A stretch of 64,000 nucleotides of DNA from the human T2T-CHM13v2.0 reference genome, Homo sapiens. Every line of letters begins with the position of its first letter. The stretch's first letter is position 1. The position numbers and the translations under genes were made by a program. Below, one piece after another: positions 1 through 14,600 of the stretch. The notes under the pieces were generated by a model. That model did no database searches. It was not told where the DNA came from and saw only the letters and a program-made list of their open reading frames with translations. The DNA lies in the NCBI RefSeq assembly GCF_009914755.1, contig NC_060931.1. One strand, given 5' to 3'.

Positions 1-452
1 GGTTTAAGGGGAAGCGTATTATAAGCAGAGGATATCACCCACTTCAGAGACTCCCAGAGGAGAAAGAGTGTGTGTTCAAAGGGCAGATGAGGCTCAGTTG
101 GACTCCATAGCAGATGAAATGGAGAGGGGCAAGCAATGAGGCTGCCTTGCAAGGCAGGGCAGAGCAGGGGCTGTTGAAGGGTTTGGACTTAATCCCTGAG
201 GCAAGGAGAAGTGATGTAAATGGGGGAGTAACATGATGAGATTAATGGATTAGAGACATGGCTCAGGCTGCTGTAGAGAAGGCACCAGGGAGAGCAGATG
301 GCTCAATGGGTGTGCAGGAGACCTCTCACTGAGTTTAGGGAGAGGTTTTTAAAACAGAAGAAGTTTGAGTAATTTAAATGATGATGGGAAGGAGCTAAAA
401 GTAGGGGATAGGTTAAAGATACAGGAAAGTGGGAGGAAGAACTGACAAGTGA

Positions 453-758
<306 letters not shown>

Positions 759-873
759 TAGGCTTCCCAAATTGCTGGGATTACAGGCATGAGCCATAAT
801 GCCTGGCCTCTGCTAGTTCTGTATTCTCTAGAGTTGTCTTTACTTTGTGCTAGCGTGTCCCTCATTGTGCTAA

Positions 874-1166
<293 letters not shown>

Positions 1167-1208
1167 TGAGCCATTGTGCCTGGCCAAAATTAATACTTTT
1201 TATATTAA

Positions 1209-1364
<156 letters not shown>

Positions 1365-1524
1365 TAAGTGCCACCACACCCAGCTGATTTTTGTGTTTTT
1401 TGTAGAGACGAGGTTTCGCCATGTTTCCCAGACTGTTCTCAAACTCCTGAGCTCAAAGCAGTCCACCCACCTTGGCCTCCCAAAGTGCTGGGATTACAGG
1501 TGTGAGCCACCTTGCTCATTCTAG

Positions 1525-1865
1525 TTTAAACTTTGGAGTGGTTTGTGTCTCCTGATTGGACTCCTGCAAATACAGAATTGATGCTAGGAAGGGTACCAGG
1601 AGATAGACGCACACAGATGGGATTTGGGAATAGGTTTGGTTATCCAAGGAGCAGTGCTGAGCTCCTTGCTAATGGGATATGGGATGCTGGTGATTTCCAG
1701 TAAGTGACCTCAAAATTACTCAAGCTACCACATACTGTTGATTGTGATGAAATGCCAGTTGAAGCACCTGTCCTGCGAGCTTAGGGGTGCTACAAGTTGA
1801 CCACTGCAGCAGTAAAGATGACTCTGAAGAATGGCATGGGATGGATCCTTTCGAATGCACTTGAG
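1525..1865 (+). mobile_element. Old ERVL-type LTR end/internal (gag-like) fragment, copy A
   Basis: Degraded ERVL gag-like sequence; a paralogous copy lies at 10967-11279. Confidence 0.45.
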
Positions 1866-2310
1866 CAGCGGTCTCCAACCACAGGGCCACAGAGCTGGAG
1901 GTGAGCAGCAGGCGAGTGAAGGGAAACTTCATCTGTATTTCTAGCCCCTCCCATCGCTTGCATGACCACCTGAGCTCCATGTCCTGTCAGATCAGCAGCA
2001 GCATTATTCTCATAGAAGCACAAACTGTTGTGAAGTGTGCATGCGAGGGATCTAGGTTGTGTACTCCTTATGAGAATCTAATGCCTGATATTCTGTTACT
2101 GTTTCCCATCACCCCAGATGGACAGTCTAGTTGCAGGAAAACAAGCTCAGAGATCCCACTGAGTCTACGTTATAGTGAGTTGTAGAATCATTTCATTATA
2201 TATTACTATGTAGTAATAATAGAAATAAAGTGCACAATATATGTAATGCACTTGAATCATCCTGAAATTATTCCCTCACTCCCAGTCTGTGGAAAAATTG
2301 TCTTCCACAC
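1866..2310 (+). mobile_element. MER1B-like hAT MITE, copy A
   Basis: Starts cagcggtctccaacc; contains gagaatctaatgcctga, gttgcaggaaaacaagctcag and gtctgtggaaaaattgtcttccac. Confidence 0.8.
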
Positions 2311-3118
2311 ATTCACTCTGTTTTTTGGTAGAGGCAGGGTCTTAATATATTGCCCAGGCTGATCTCAAACTCTTGGCCTCAAGTAATATACCTCTCTCAG
2401 CCTCCCAAAGTGCTGAGATTACAGGCATAAGCCACCACCCTCAACCAAGACTTTCTTAAACCAAAAAAAAATTAAGTGAGATTACTTGAGCCCAGGTGGT
2501 CAAGGCTGCAGTGAGCCTGATTGCACCACTGCACTCCAGCCTAGGTGACAGAATGAGACTGTCTCAAAAAATAAAATAAAATAAAATGCAAATTAACCCT
2601 TTATGACATTCGCAGTAACTTTCCCTCCTAAGTCTTTGAATTCTGTTTAATTTTCACATAACATTTAAGATGTTTAAGAACTTATGTCTGTCTGTGTCAT
2701 CCCTTTATGTCAAAAGATGTCTTTTTGTCACTTCCAGCTGGATCTACCATGAAAGACCTCTGAATCCAGGAAGAGAGACTGACTGAGCAACATGTTATTC
2801 AGGTACAAAAAGATTTGGACTGTAACTCAAAAATGATCAAATAATAGTGCATGCATCAAGTGCAATGGGAAGCTCTTCTGGAGAGTGAGAGAAGCTTCCA
2901 GTTAAGGTGACATTGAAGCCAAGTCCTGAAAGATGAGGAAGAGTTGTATGAGAGTGGGGAGGGAAGGGGGAGGTGGAGGGATGGGGAATGGGCTGGGATG
3001 GGATGGAGCAAACTGCCCGGGAAGGGAAACCAGCACTGTACAGACCTGAACAACGAAGATGGCATATTTTGTTCAGGGAATGGTGAATTAAGTGTGGCAG
3101 GAATGCTTTGTAGAGACA

Positions 3119-3218
3119 GTAATTTGCTTGTGTGGAATTTTGCCTGAGAGACCTCATTGCAGTTTCTGATTTTTTGATGTCATCATCCATCACTGTCCTT
3201 GTCAAATAGTTTGGAATA
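3119..3218 (-). pseudogene. Calmodulin retrocopy fragment (EF-hand 1 region)
   Basis: Minus strand reads LFDKDSDG...KKSETAMRSLRQNSTQA versus calmodulin [29 protein letters not shown]. Confidence 0.75.
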
Positions 3219-3449
3219 GGTATAATGATCACAATAACCCCAAGCATAATATTTCATTAATTCTCACAGAATCACAGGTAGGTGCCACAGTTATCCCCAT
3301 TTTATGAATGGAGTGATGAAGCCTTAGGAATAATGAATGATTTGCCCAAGCTCACCTGGATATTAAGACTGAGTCAGATGTTGGGTCTGGTCTGACTTTA
3401 ATGTTTGCTTTGTTCATGAGCACCACGTATTGCCTCTCCTATGCAGTTA

Positions 3450-4970
3450 AGCAGGTAGACAGGTGACAGAAAAGCCCATGTTTGTCTCTACTCACACACT
3501 TCCGACTGAATGTGTGTATGGAGTTTCTACACCAGATTCTTCAGTGCTCTGGATATTAACTGGGTATCCCATGACTTTATTCTGACACTATCTCGAGTTA
3601 GCACAGACCCCACAAGTTAGGGGCTCAGTCCCACGAGACCATCCTCACTTCAGATGCCAATGGCAAGTCCTAAGTTGTCACCTGTACTTTTGACCGACCT
3701 GTTACAAATCAGGGGTTCCCATAACTGTCTTCTTGGGTTTAATAATTTGCTAGAACAGTTTACGGAACTCAGAAAAACAGTTTATTTTCTTTTTTTCTGA
3801 GAGAGAGGGTCTTATTTTGTTGCCCAGGCTGGTGTGCAATGGTGCAGTCATAGCTCATTGCAGCCTTGATTGTCTGGGCTCCAGTGGTTCTCCCACCTCA
3901 GCCTCCCTAGTAGCTGAGACTACATGCCTGCACCACCACATGTGGCTAGTTTCTTTTATTTTTTGTATGGATGGGGTCTTGTTGTGTTGGCCAGGCTGGC
4001 CACAAATTCCTGGTCTCGAGTGATCCTCCCACCTCAGCCTCTGAAAGTGCTGGGATTACAGATGTGAGCCACCACATCTGGCCAGTTCATTTCCTATTAC
4101 TGGTTCATTGTGAAGGATACATCTCAGAAACAGTCAATGAAAGAGACGTGCATGCTTGATGCAGCGGCTCATGCCTGTAATTTCAGCACTTTGGGAGGCC
4201 AAGGTGGGAAGATCGCTTAAACTCAGGAGTTTGAGACCAGCCTGGGCAACATGGTGAAAACCTGTCTCTATAAAAAATTTAAAAATAATAATAATAACCG
4301 GTGTGGTGTTGTGCCCCTAGAGTTCCACCTACTAGGGAAGCTGAGATGAGAGGATGCCTTGAGCTGGGGACTGAGGAGGCTTAGGTTACAGTAAGCTGAG
4401 ATTGTGCCACTGCACTCTAGCTTGGACAAAAGAGCCTGATCCTGTCTCAAAAAAAAGAAAGATACCCAGGGCAAGTTAAGTTCGGAGGGGCACAGAGCTC
4501 CCATGCCCTCTGTTGAACATGCGACTCTCCCAGCATCTCCTGTGTCCAGCAACCCTGAAAGCTCTGCAAACCCCGTTCAGGGTGTTCATGGAGGCTTTAT
4601 TATGCAAGCATGATTGATAAAATATTTGGCTGTTGGTGATTAAGTCAGTCTCCAGCCCCTCTTCCTCCTGGAGTTCAGTGCATGAGGCTGAAAGTTCCAC
4701 GCCTCTTACCATGTGGTTGCATGGTAATCAGCCCTCCTCTTGAAGAAATTTAGGAGCTTGCCACACCCAGTCATCTCAACAACATCCCCAAATGCATTCT
4801 TACCATGCTGGAGATCCCAAAGTTCTCAGAGGCTCTTGTGTTAGAAACCTGGGACCAAGACCAAATATTAAAACAAAAGATGTTCCTGTCACATCTATCA
4901 CTGAGGTCTTTGTAAGAGCTTTAGAAGCTCTGTGCCAGGAACCAGGGACAGAGATTAAATATATATTTCT
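3450..4970. mobile_element. MER21-like LTR, split by Alu insertions
   Basis: Contains cagaccccacaagttagggg...cacttcagatgccaa and aatttgctagaacag...aactcagaaaaaca, typical of MER21 as I recall it. Confidence 0.65.
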
Positions 4971-5516
4971 TTTCTTTTTTTTGAGACAGAATCTCCCTGT
5001 GTCATCCAGGCTGGAGTGCAGTGATGTGATCATAGCTCACTATAGCTTTGGCCTTCTGAGATCAAGCGATCCTCCCATCTCAACCTCCCAAGTAGCTAGG
5101 ACTACACAGGCATGTCACCCATGCCCAGCTCATTTTTGTAGAGTCAGAGTTTCACCATGGTGGCCAGGTTGGCCATGTTGGCCAGATGGGGTCTTCTTTT
5201 GTTGCCCAGGCTGGCCACAAATTCCTGGGCTCAAGTGATCCTCCCACCTCGTCCTTGTAGAGATGAGATTTAGTTATGTTGTCCAGGCTGATCTCAAACT
5301 CCTGGGCTAAATCGATTGTCTTACCTCAGCCTCTCAAGTAGCTGGGACTACAGGCGCATACCACCATGTCGGGCTAATATTTATTTTTATTTTTTTCTAG
5401 AGGTGGGGGTCTCACTGTGTTGTTCATGCTAGTTTCAAACTTTGGGCCTCAAGTATTCCTCCTGCCTTGACCTCCCAAAGTGTTGGGATTCTGGGTGGGA
5501 GCCACCATGCCCAGCA

Positions 5517-5872
5517 ATCACAAGGGTCTTTATAAAAGAAAGAGAGTAGGAGATTCAGAATTGTAGCGGGAGATGTGGTGATGAAAGCAGAGGTAAGAGA
5601 GGGAGATTTGAAGATGCTTCACTTCTGGCTTTGAAGATGGAGTCAGGGGCCATGATCCAAGGAATGGGGGTGGCTTCTAGAAGCTGGAAAAGCCAAGGGA
5701 ACACTTTAGAGTCTCCAGAAGGAATGCAGCCCTGCTGACACTTTGACTTTAGCCTTAATAGACCTAGTTTGGGTTTCTGGCCCCTAGAACTGTAAGATGG
5801 TAGATTTGTGGTGTTTTAAGCCACTAAATATGGGAAACTGCAAACTATATTGCAGCAGCAAGAAGAAATGAA
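5517..5872 (+). mobile_element. MLT1-type MaLR LTR fragment
   Basis: Contains ctagaagctggaaaagccaagg...ctccagaaggaatgcagccctgctgacac...tgttttaagccactaa. Confidence 0.7.
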
Positions 5873-6251
5873 CATGAAGCCAGGCATGATGGCTCATGCC
5901 AGTAATCCCAGCACTTTAGGAATTTAGGCAGGAGGATCACTTGAGGCCAGGAGTCCAAGACCAGTCTGGGCAACATAGTAAGACCTTATCTCTACAAAAA
6001 ATGAAAAAATTGGCCAGGCGTGGTGGCTCACACCTGTAATTCCAGCACTTTGGGAGGCCGAAGCGGGCAGATTACCTGAGGTCAGGAGTTCAAGACTAGC
6101 CTGGCCAACATTGCGAAACCCCGGCTCTACTAAAAATACAAAAATTAGCTGGGCGTGGTGGCACACACCTGTAACCCCAGCTACTTGGAAGGCTGAGGCA
6201 GGAGAATCACTTGAATCTGGGAGGTTGCAGTGAGCTGGGATCGCACCATTA

Positions 6252-7140
<889 letters not shown>

Positions 7141-7953
7141 TTGTTACTGAAATTATTAAGTAATTTTAAAAAACACTACTGCCTTTCCCAATCCTACCAA
7201 GTATGGGATGCTAGATTAAAGAAATTTCTTCAGGCTCATTGCAGTGGCTCATGCCTGTAGTCCCAGCTGTTTGGTAAGCAGAGGTGGGAGTATCTTTTAA
7301 GGGCAGGTGTTCAAGACCAGCCTGGACAACACAGCAAGATCTGCTCTTTACAAAAATATTTTTCAAAATTAAATAAATGTAGCTAGGCATGGTGATGTGT
7401 ACTTGTAGTTTCAGCTACTCAGGAGGCTGAAGTGGGCAGATCTCTTGAGGTCAGGAGTTTGAGGCCAGCTTGGGCAACACAGCAATACCCCTCACTCTAC
7501 AAAAAAATTAAAAAAATAACCAGGCATGGTGACACTCAACTGTACTACCAGCTACTGGGGAGCTGAGGCAGGAAGATGGCTTGAGCCCAGGAGGTCGAGG
7601 CTGCAGCGAGCTGTAAGTGCACAGCTGCACTCCAGTCTGGGTGACAGAGCGGGACCTGTCTCACAATACAAATAAAAATACAAGTGAAATAATATCTCAA
7701 GTCAGAGCCTTTTGGCTCTGCAGCCCTTGCAACCCCTTAGCCGTGCAGTGGGGTTTGCATCGCTGGGAATGAGGAGACCCCTGCCCGGTGTTGTTGCCTG
7801 ACTAATCAGTGTTTTAAAACATATATTAATCGGGGTGGGTGTGGTGGCTCACACCTGTAATCCCAGCACTTAGGGAGACCCAGGCGGGTGGATCACCTGA
7901 GGTCAAGAGTTCAAGACCAGCCTTGCCAACATGGCGAAACTCCTTCTCTACTA

Positions 7954-8079
<126 letters not shown>

Positions 8080-8369
8080 TCACTCCAGCCTGGGCAAAAG
8101 AACAAGACTTTGTCTCAAAGAAAAAAAAAAAGTATTATATCAACATGTAATGGTTTTATTATTAATATGTAATGAATATTAAATATTTTTAAAATCTTGT
8201 ATTATATCAACATGTAATGGCTTTAATATGTGATGAATAATATTTAAAAAATTGTGTCTTATTTTCTAGTTTTAATATAATTATCTACAGAAAGAAATAG
8301 TCTTAGAGATCTTCAATAAAGTTAAAAAATGTAAAGGGATGTTAGACCCCGAAAGACTGAGAATTTCTA

Positions 8370-9280
8370 GTTTAGAAATATTCAGAGTAAGCCACATACA
8401 ACTTGCTACTTGAACTATTTTTTTTCTTTGTTTTTTATTTTAGGAGATGGGGTCTCACCCTGTCACCCAGGCTTGACTACAGTAGTGCTATCACAGCTCA
8501 CTGCAGCCCTGAACTCCTGGGCTAAGGATCCTCCTACCTGAGCCTCCTGAGTAGCTAGGACTGTAGGTATACATGACGATACTTGGCTAATTTTTAAATT
8601 GTTTTGTAGACATGGGGTCTCACTTTGTTGGCCAGGCTGGTGTCAAACTAATGGCCTCAAGTGACCCTTCCACCCCTGCCTCCCATCCTCGAGGCATGTG
8701 CCACCACAAGGAGCACTTGTTCAATTTTCTAAAAAAAAAATTTCTAAAGTAAGGCTGTGGGATGATGGCAGGAAGATAAAAGAAAAACAGAAGAATAAGT
8801 TAAAATGACTTATTCACACATATTCTTTTGACAGCAAGAAGAACTTTTAGTATATACATTCCTTACAAACAAACAAAAGGCAGATAAACAATGTTGTATA
8901 GGAACTTCAACACACACTGTACAATATTCCCACTTTGCTGACATAAGTTATGGAAATTTCATGTTTTACTTGAGTGTCGCTACCAGTATTTTGCTTCTCT
9001 GATGATTTTTATCAACTTCCTCATCTGTTAACTTCTCTCCAAGGTATGTCATGTCACGACATACTGCCGCTGCACGAACATGGCCAGTGTCTTCCTATTC
9101 AACATGTAGAATGCTTTCCTAATTTCTCTTTTTACTCTCTGTCTTTGTGTTCTGCATTTTCCTTACTTTTATTGTCAGAAACTCCAGAAAGTCAATTGTA
9201 CTAATTTGTCACGATTTGCTTTATTAATTTATACTTTGCTTATATGGAATTTTGCCCAGCAGACCTCATTACAATTTCTA
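8370..9280 (-). pseudogene. Diverged CALM2-like processed pseudogene (most of CDS plus part of 3'UTR), Alu inserted at ~8416-8712
   Basis: Minus strand reads VMRS.GQN, TIDFLEFLT..RKM, EIRKAF, an exact LGEKLTDEEVD (9011-9043), IIREA and MSAK, with no introns. Downstream sequence (ttgtacag...ttgtttatctgccttt...atgtggcttactctg) resembles the CALM2 3'UTR as I recall it. Confidence 0.85.
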
Positions 9281-11279
9281 ACCTGTTTTATTTTGTTTTT
9301 TTTCTGAGACAGGGTCTCCATCTGTTGTCCAAGGCTGGAGTGTAGTAGTGCTATCACAGCTGACTGCAGCCTCAACCTTCCAGGCTGAAGCGATCCTCCC
9401 ATCTCAACCTCCCACGTGGCTGAGACTACAGGTGCTTGCCACTATGCCCAACTAATATTTGGAATTTTCGTATACGTGGATTCCAGAGGGGTGACAGTGA
9501 AACGTGAGTAAGCATGGATTTTGGTATATGCAGAGATGGGGGGCTGGAACTAATTCTGTATACTGAGGGACGACTGTATATGTTTTTACAATTATGCTGT
9601 AGGATACATACTGTTGCATAGCCTTGAAAATAATAATTTTTAATTGAGTGGAATAATAATAATATTGATAAAAGTAGCAGCTGGCCAGGTGTGGTGGCTC
9701 ACACTGGTAATCGCAACACTTTGGGAGGCTGAGGCAGGAGGATGGCTTGAGGCCAAGAGTTTGCGATAGGCCTTGGAAACAAAGGGAGTCACCATCCCTA
9801 CAGAAAAATACATGAATTAGCCTAGTGTGGTGGCATGTTCCTGTAGTCCCAGCTACTTGGGAGGCTGAGGTGGGAGGATCACTTGAGCCCAGGGAGGCTG
9901 AGACCGCAGTGAGTCATGATCAGGCCTCTGCACTCCAGCCTGGGTGACAGAGTGAGACCCTGTCTCAAAACAACAAAAAAGTAGCAGCTAATATCAACTG
10001 ACCTTTTACCAGGTGCCTATTGATACCATAGTTTAATTTCTTATAACTGTTTCTTATTTCACTTACCAACTCTGTCTTCAGTTACTCCCAGATTTTTACT
10101 GTGTGTGTACAGATGACCTTTTGTTTAGATTGAATTGTCTCCCCAGAAGTAAGATTACTGTGAGTCATGGTGAATGGACATTCTCATTACCCTTGATGTA
10201 AATTGACAGGGTTTTGGGTGCCTCCCAGCTATAATCTTAGCACTTTGGGAGGCTAAGAGAGGAGGATTGCTTGAGGCTAAGAGTTGGAGGAGGCAGTATG
10301 GCAGTATGGTGAGACCCTGTCTCCATTATTTTAAAAAATTGACAGGCTTTACCCTGGAAGGCTTATACACAATTTAAACACCCCTCATAGTATAAGAAAG
10401 TGCCCATTTCACTGCACCTTTGCCAGCACAGGGTATTATAATTTAGTAAGTCATTTTTTGTTTGATTATTTTACATAGACAAAAGAACTCATATTACTTT
10501 ACTTGTCACATTTCAACATCTTTCCTCAGCTTATTAGCTCTATTTCTTTTCTGTCTGTAAATGGTTGTTGTTGTTTGGTTCTTTGAGACAGGGTCTTGCT
10601 CTGTCACCAGGCTGGACTGTAGTGGCATAATCATGCCACACTGCAGCCTTGACCTCCCAGGCTCAAACTTCCGCATTCCGAGTAGCTGGGACTACAAGTG
10701 TGCACCACCACCCCCAGCTAACTTTTTTCTTCTTTTGGATAGAGACAGGGTCTCACTGTGTTGTCCAGACCGGTCTCTAGCTCCTGGCCTTAAGCAATCC
10801 TCCTGCATTAGCTTCTCAAATTGCTGGAATTTCAGGCATGAGCCACCATGCCTGGCCTGGGCTAGTCCTATATTCTCTAGAGTTCTCTTTACTTTGTGCT
10901 AGCCAATCTCTCATTATGCTGTTCACCTGTTATAATGAATAATTCTCCATATTAAATTTTACCACTTTAAACTTTTGAGTGGTTTATGCTTCCTGATTGG
11001 ACTCTGACTAATATGTTAGGAAGGGTCCCAGGAGATAAACCCACACAGATGGGATTTGGGCATAGGTTTGGTTTCCCAGGGGGCAGTGCTGAGCTCTTTG
11101 CCAGTGGGAAATGGGATGCTGGTGATTTCCAGTAGGTGACCTCACAGTGACTCAAGCTACCACTTACTGTTGATTGTGACGAAATGCCAGCTGAGGCACA
11201 TGCCTTGGGAGCTAAGTGGTTGCTGCACTTGACCACTGTGAAGACTGGTGTGGGAAGGGTCGTTTTGGATGCACTTGAG

Positions 11280-11683
11280 CAGGGGTCCCCAACCCCTGAG
11301 CCATGGAGCCACAAGGAACCACACAGCAGGAGGTGAGTGGTGTCGAGTGAGGGAGTGAGGGAAGCTTCGTCTGTATTTACAGCCACTCCCCTTTGCTCAC
11401 ATTCCCGCCTGAGCTCCACCTTCTCAGATCAGCAGCAGCATTAGATTCTCATAGGAGAACGCACCCTGTTGTGAACTGTGCATGTGAGAGATCTAGGTTG
11501 CGCTGTCCTTATGAGAATCTAATACCTATTGATCTGTCACTTTCTCCCATCACGCTCAGGTGGGACCATCCAGTTGCAGGAAAACAAGCTTAAGACGCCC
11601 ACTGATTCTACATTATGGTGAGTTCTATAATTATTTTATTATATATTACAGTGTAATAATGGAAATAAAGTGCCTAATAAATG
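11280..11683 (+). mobile_element. MER1B-like hAT MITE, copy B (3'-truncated at the start of the GC-rich repeat)
   Basis: Starts caggggtccccaacccc; same internal motifs and same upstream flank as copy A. Confidence 0.8.
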
Positions 11684-11699
11684 CAAATGTGCTTACATC

Positions 11700-14600
11700 T
11701 TTTGGCCCAGCTCCTACCTCCCGGCAGCCTCTCCAGGCCCAGAACTTTCTCCAGTCAGCCTCTACAGACCAAGCTCATGACTCACAATGGCCTATTTAGG
11801 CCCATACCCTACGTCACGGCAGTCTCCGCAGATGAGCCTACTGCCCCACAACAGCCTCCACAGGCACAGCTCCATCGTTACAATGGCCTCTTTAGACCCA
11901 GCTCCTGCCTCCCAGCCTTCTCTCCAGGCCCTGAACTTTCTCAAGTCGACCTCACCAGGCCCAGCTCATGCTTCTTTGCAGCCTCTCCAGGCCCAGCTCC
12001 TGCATCTTGGTGGCCCCTCCAGGCCCAGCCTCTGCCTCCCGTCGGCCTCTACAGTCCCAACATCTGCCTCACAGCAGATTCTTCACGCCCAGCATCTGCC
12101 TCACTGTGGACCCCCCAAGCCAAGCTCCCAACCTTTCAGCAGCTTCTACACACCCAGCTCCTGCCACCCAGTGGCCTCTTTAGGCCAAGCTCATGCTTCA
12201 CAAGGGCCTTTCCAGGCCCAACTTTTGTCTCATGGCAACCTTCCCTGGCCAGATTCCTGCCTGTCTCCCAGCAGCCTAGACAGGCCCAGGTCTTGCCTCA
12301 CACTGGCCTCTCTACATGCAGCTTATGCCTCACGGTGGCCTCTCCAGGCCCAACTCCTGTCCCAGGACGTCATCTCCGGGCCCAAAACTTACTCAAGTCA
12401 GACTCTGTAGTCCCAACTGCTGCCTCCTGGTGGCCTATGAAGGCCCAAAATCTCCTCAAGTTGACCTTTCCAGGCCCAGCTCCTGCCTCCTGTCAGCGTC
12501 TACAGGCCCAACCTCTACCTCATGGGGGCTTCTCCAGGCCCACCTCTTCCTCTTGGCTGGGTCTACAGGCACAACTGCTGCCTCACAACATCCTTTTTTG
12601 GCCCAGTTCCTGTCCAGCTCATGGCGGCCAATGTAGGCCCAAAACTTCCTCAAGTCAAACTCTCCAGGCCCACCTTCTGCTTCCCAGTGGCATGAACAGG
12701 CCCAGCTTTGACTTGAGAACAGCCTCTGCAGGCCCTGCTCTTGCCTCCCAGGGGCTTTTTCCAGGCCCAGCTCTTGCCTCATGGCAGCTGCCCCAGGCCA
12801 AATTTCTGCCTGCCTGCCAGCAGCCTCAACAGGCATAGCTCCTCCCTCACAGTGGCCCATTTAGGCCCAACTCATGACTGTCGGGCCATTTCCAGGCCTA
12901 GTGCCTGCCTCGTGGCTGACTCTTGAAGCCCAAAACTTCCTCAAATCAGCCTTTTGCCCAACTTCTGTCTACTGTCGGACTCTACAGGCCAGCCTCTGCC
13001 TCACAGTGGACCCTCCGGACCCAGATGGTGTCTCACTGTGGCATCCTCAGTTGAAGCTCCTGCCTTTCGGCAGCCTCTCCAGGCCCAGCTCCTCCTGCCT
13101 CCCAGTGGCCTCTTTCGGCCCAGCCCAGCTCATGCCTCCCAGCGGCCTTCCCAAGCCCCGCTTTTGACTTTCGGTGGCCTCTGCAGGCCTCGACAAGGCC
13201 CAGCCTCCTGCCTCCCGAAGGCCTGCACAGGCCCAGCCTCTGCCTCACAGCGGACTCTCCACGCCCAGCTAGCTGTCGCCTCATTGCGGCCTCCCGAGTC
13301 CAAAGCTCCTGCCTCTCGGCCGCTTCGGCAGGCCCAGCTCCCACCTGCCAGTGGCCTCTTCAGGCCCATGGGGCTCGTTCCTCACAACGGCCTTTCCAGG
13401 CCCAGTTTTTCCCTTCCGGCGGCCTCTCCGGGCCCAGAACCTCCTCAAGTCGGCCTCTCCAGAGCCACTTGCACCCTCCGGGCGTCCTCTCCGGGCCCAG
13501 CTCTTCTTCCTGGTTGCGTCTCCAGGCCCGACTCCTGCCTCTCAACAACCTCTTTGGACTCAGTGCCTACCCATCTCCTGGCGGCATTGGTCGGCCCACA
13601 GCTTCCTCAAGCCAAGCTCCCCAGGCCCAGGTCAGGCCTCACGGTGGCCTCTCCAGGATGAGCTCCTGCTCTCCGATGGCATCTCCAGGCCCCAAATGGT
13701 CTCCGGTCGGTGGGCTCCTCCACGCCAAGCTTGGGCCTCCCGGCGACCGCTGCAGGCCCAAGTTGTCCTGAAGTCGGCCTCTCCTGGCCCTGCCTCCCAG
13801 CAAGTAAGCAAGCTCTTTTGGCTCAACTCCTGCCCAGCTCCCAACCGCCTTTCTAGGCCCCGAACTTTCTCCAGCCAAGCTCTGAGGGCCCACCTCCTGC
13901 CTCCTGGTGGCCTGTACAGGCCCAGCACTGGTTGGAGAACAGCCTCTGCAGGCCCCGCCCTTGCCTACCAGGGGCCTCTCCAGGCGCAGCTCTTGCCCCC
14001 ACGGCGGCCTCCCGGGGCCAAGTCCCTGCCTGCCTCCCAGCAGCCCACGTGCGGCCCAGCTCCTCTCTCACGGTGGCCTGTTGATGCCCACCCTCCCACG
14101 CGGACAGAGGTCAGCCTGAGCCCCTTGCCTCACACCGGCCCCTCCCACGCGGACAGAGGTCAGCCTGAGCCCCTTGCCTCACACCGGCCCCTCCCACGCT
14201 GAGAGAGGTCAGTGTGAGCCCCTGCCTCAACAGGCCACCGTGAGGGAGGAGCAGGGTCGCACGCGGGCTGCTGGGAGGTAGGCAGGGACTTGGGCCTGGG
14301 AGGTCGCGGTGGGGCGAGAGCTGGGCCTGGAGACTCCCCTGGGAGGCAACAGCGGGGTCTGCAGACACCCTTCTCCAGCTGGAGCTGGGACTGTTCAGTC
14401 ACTGGGAGAAGGGATGTGGGTCTGAAGAGCTTGGTTGCAGAAACTTCGGGGTCTACAAAGGCCGGCGGGAGCTGAGCCAAAAGAGCTTGTTTGCTGGGAG
14501 GCGGGAGATGCAGCCAGGAGGAACAGCTGGGCCATGCGGGAGGCAGAGGCCGGGCCTCCTCAAGTCGGCCTCTCAGACCCACTTGCAGCCTCCCAGCGTC

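Noticed and set aside
14091-14228. CRISPR-like array
   Set aside because: Contiguous tandem units without unique spacers, in a eukaryotic context.
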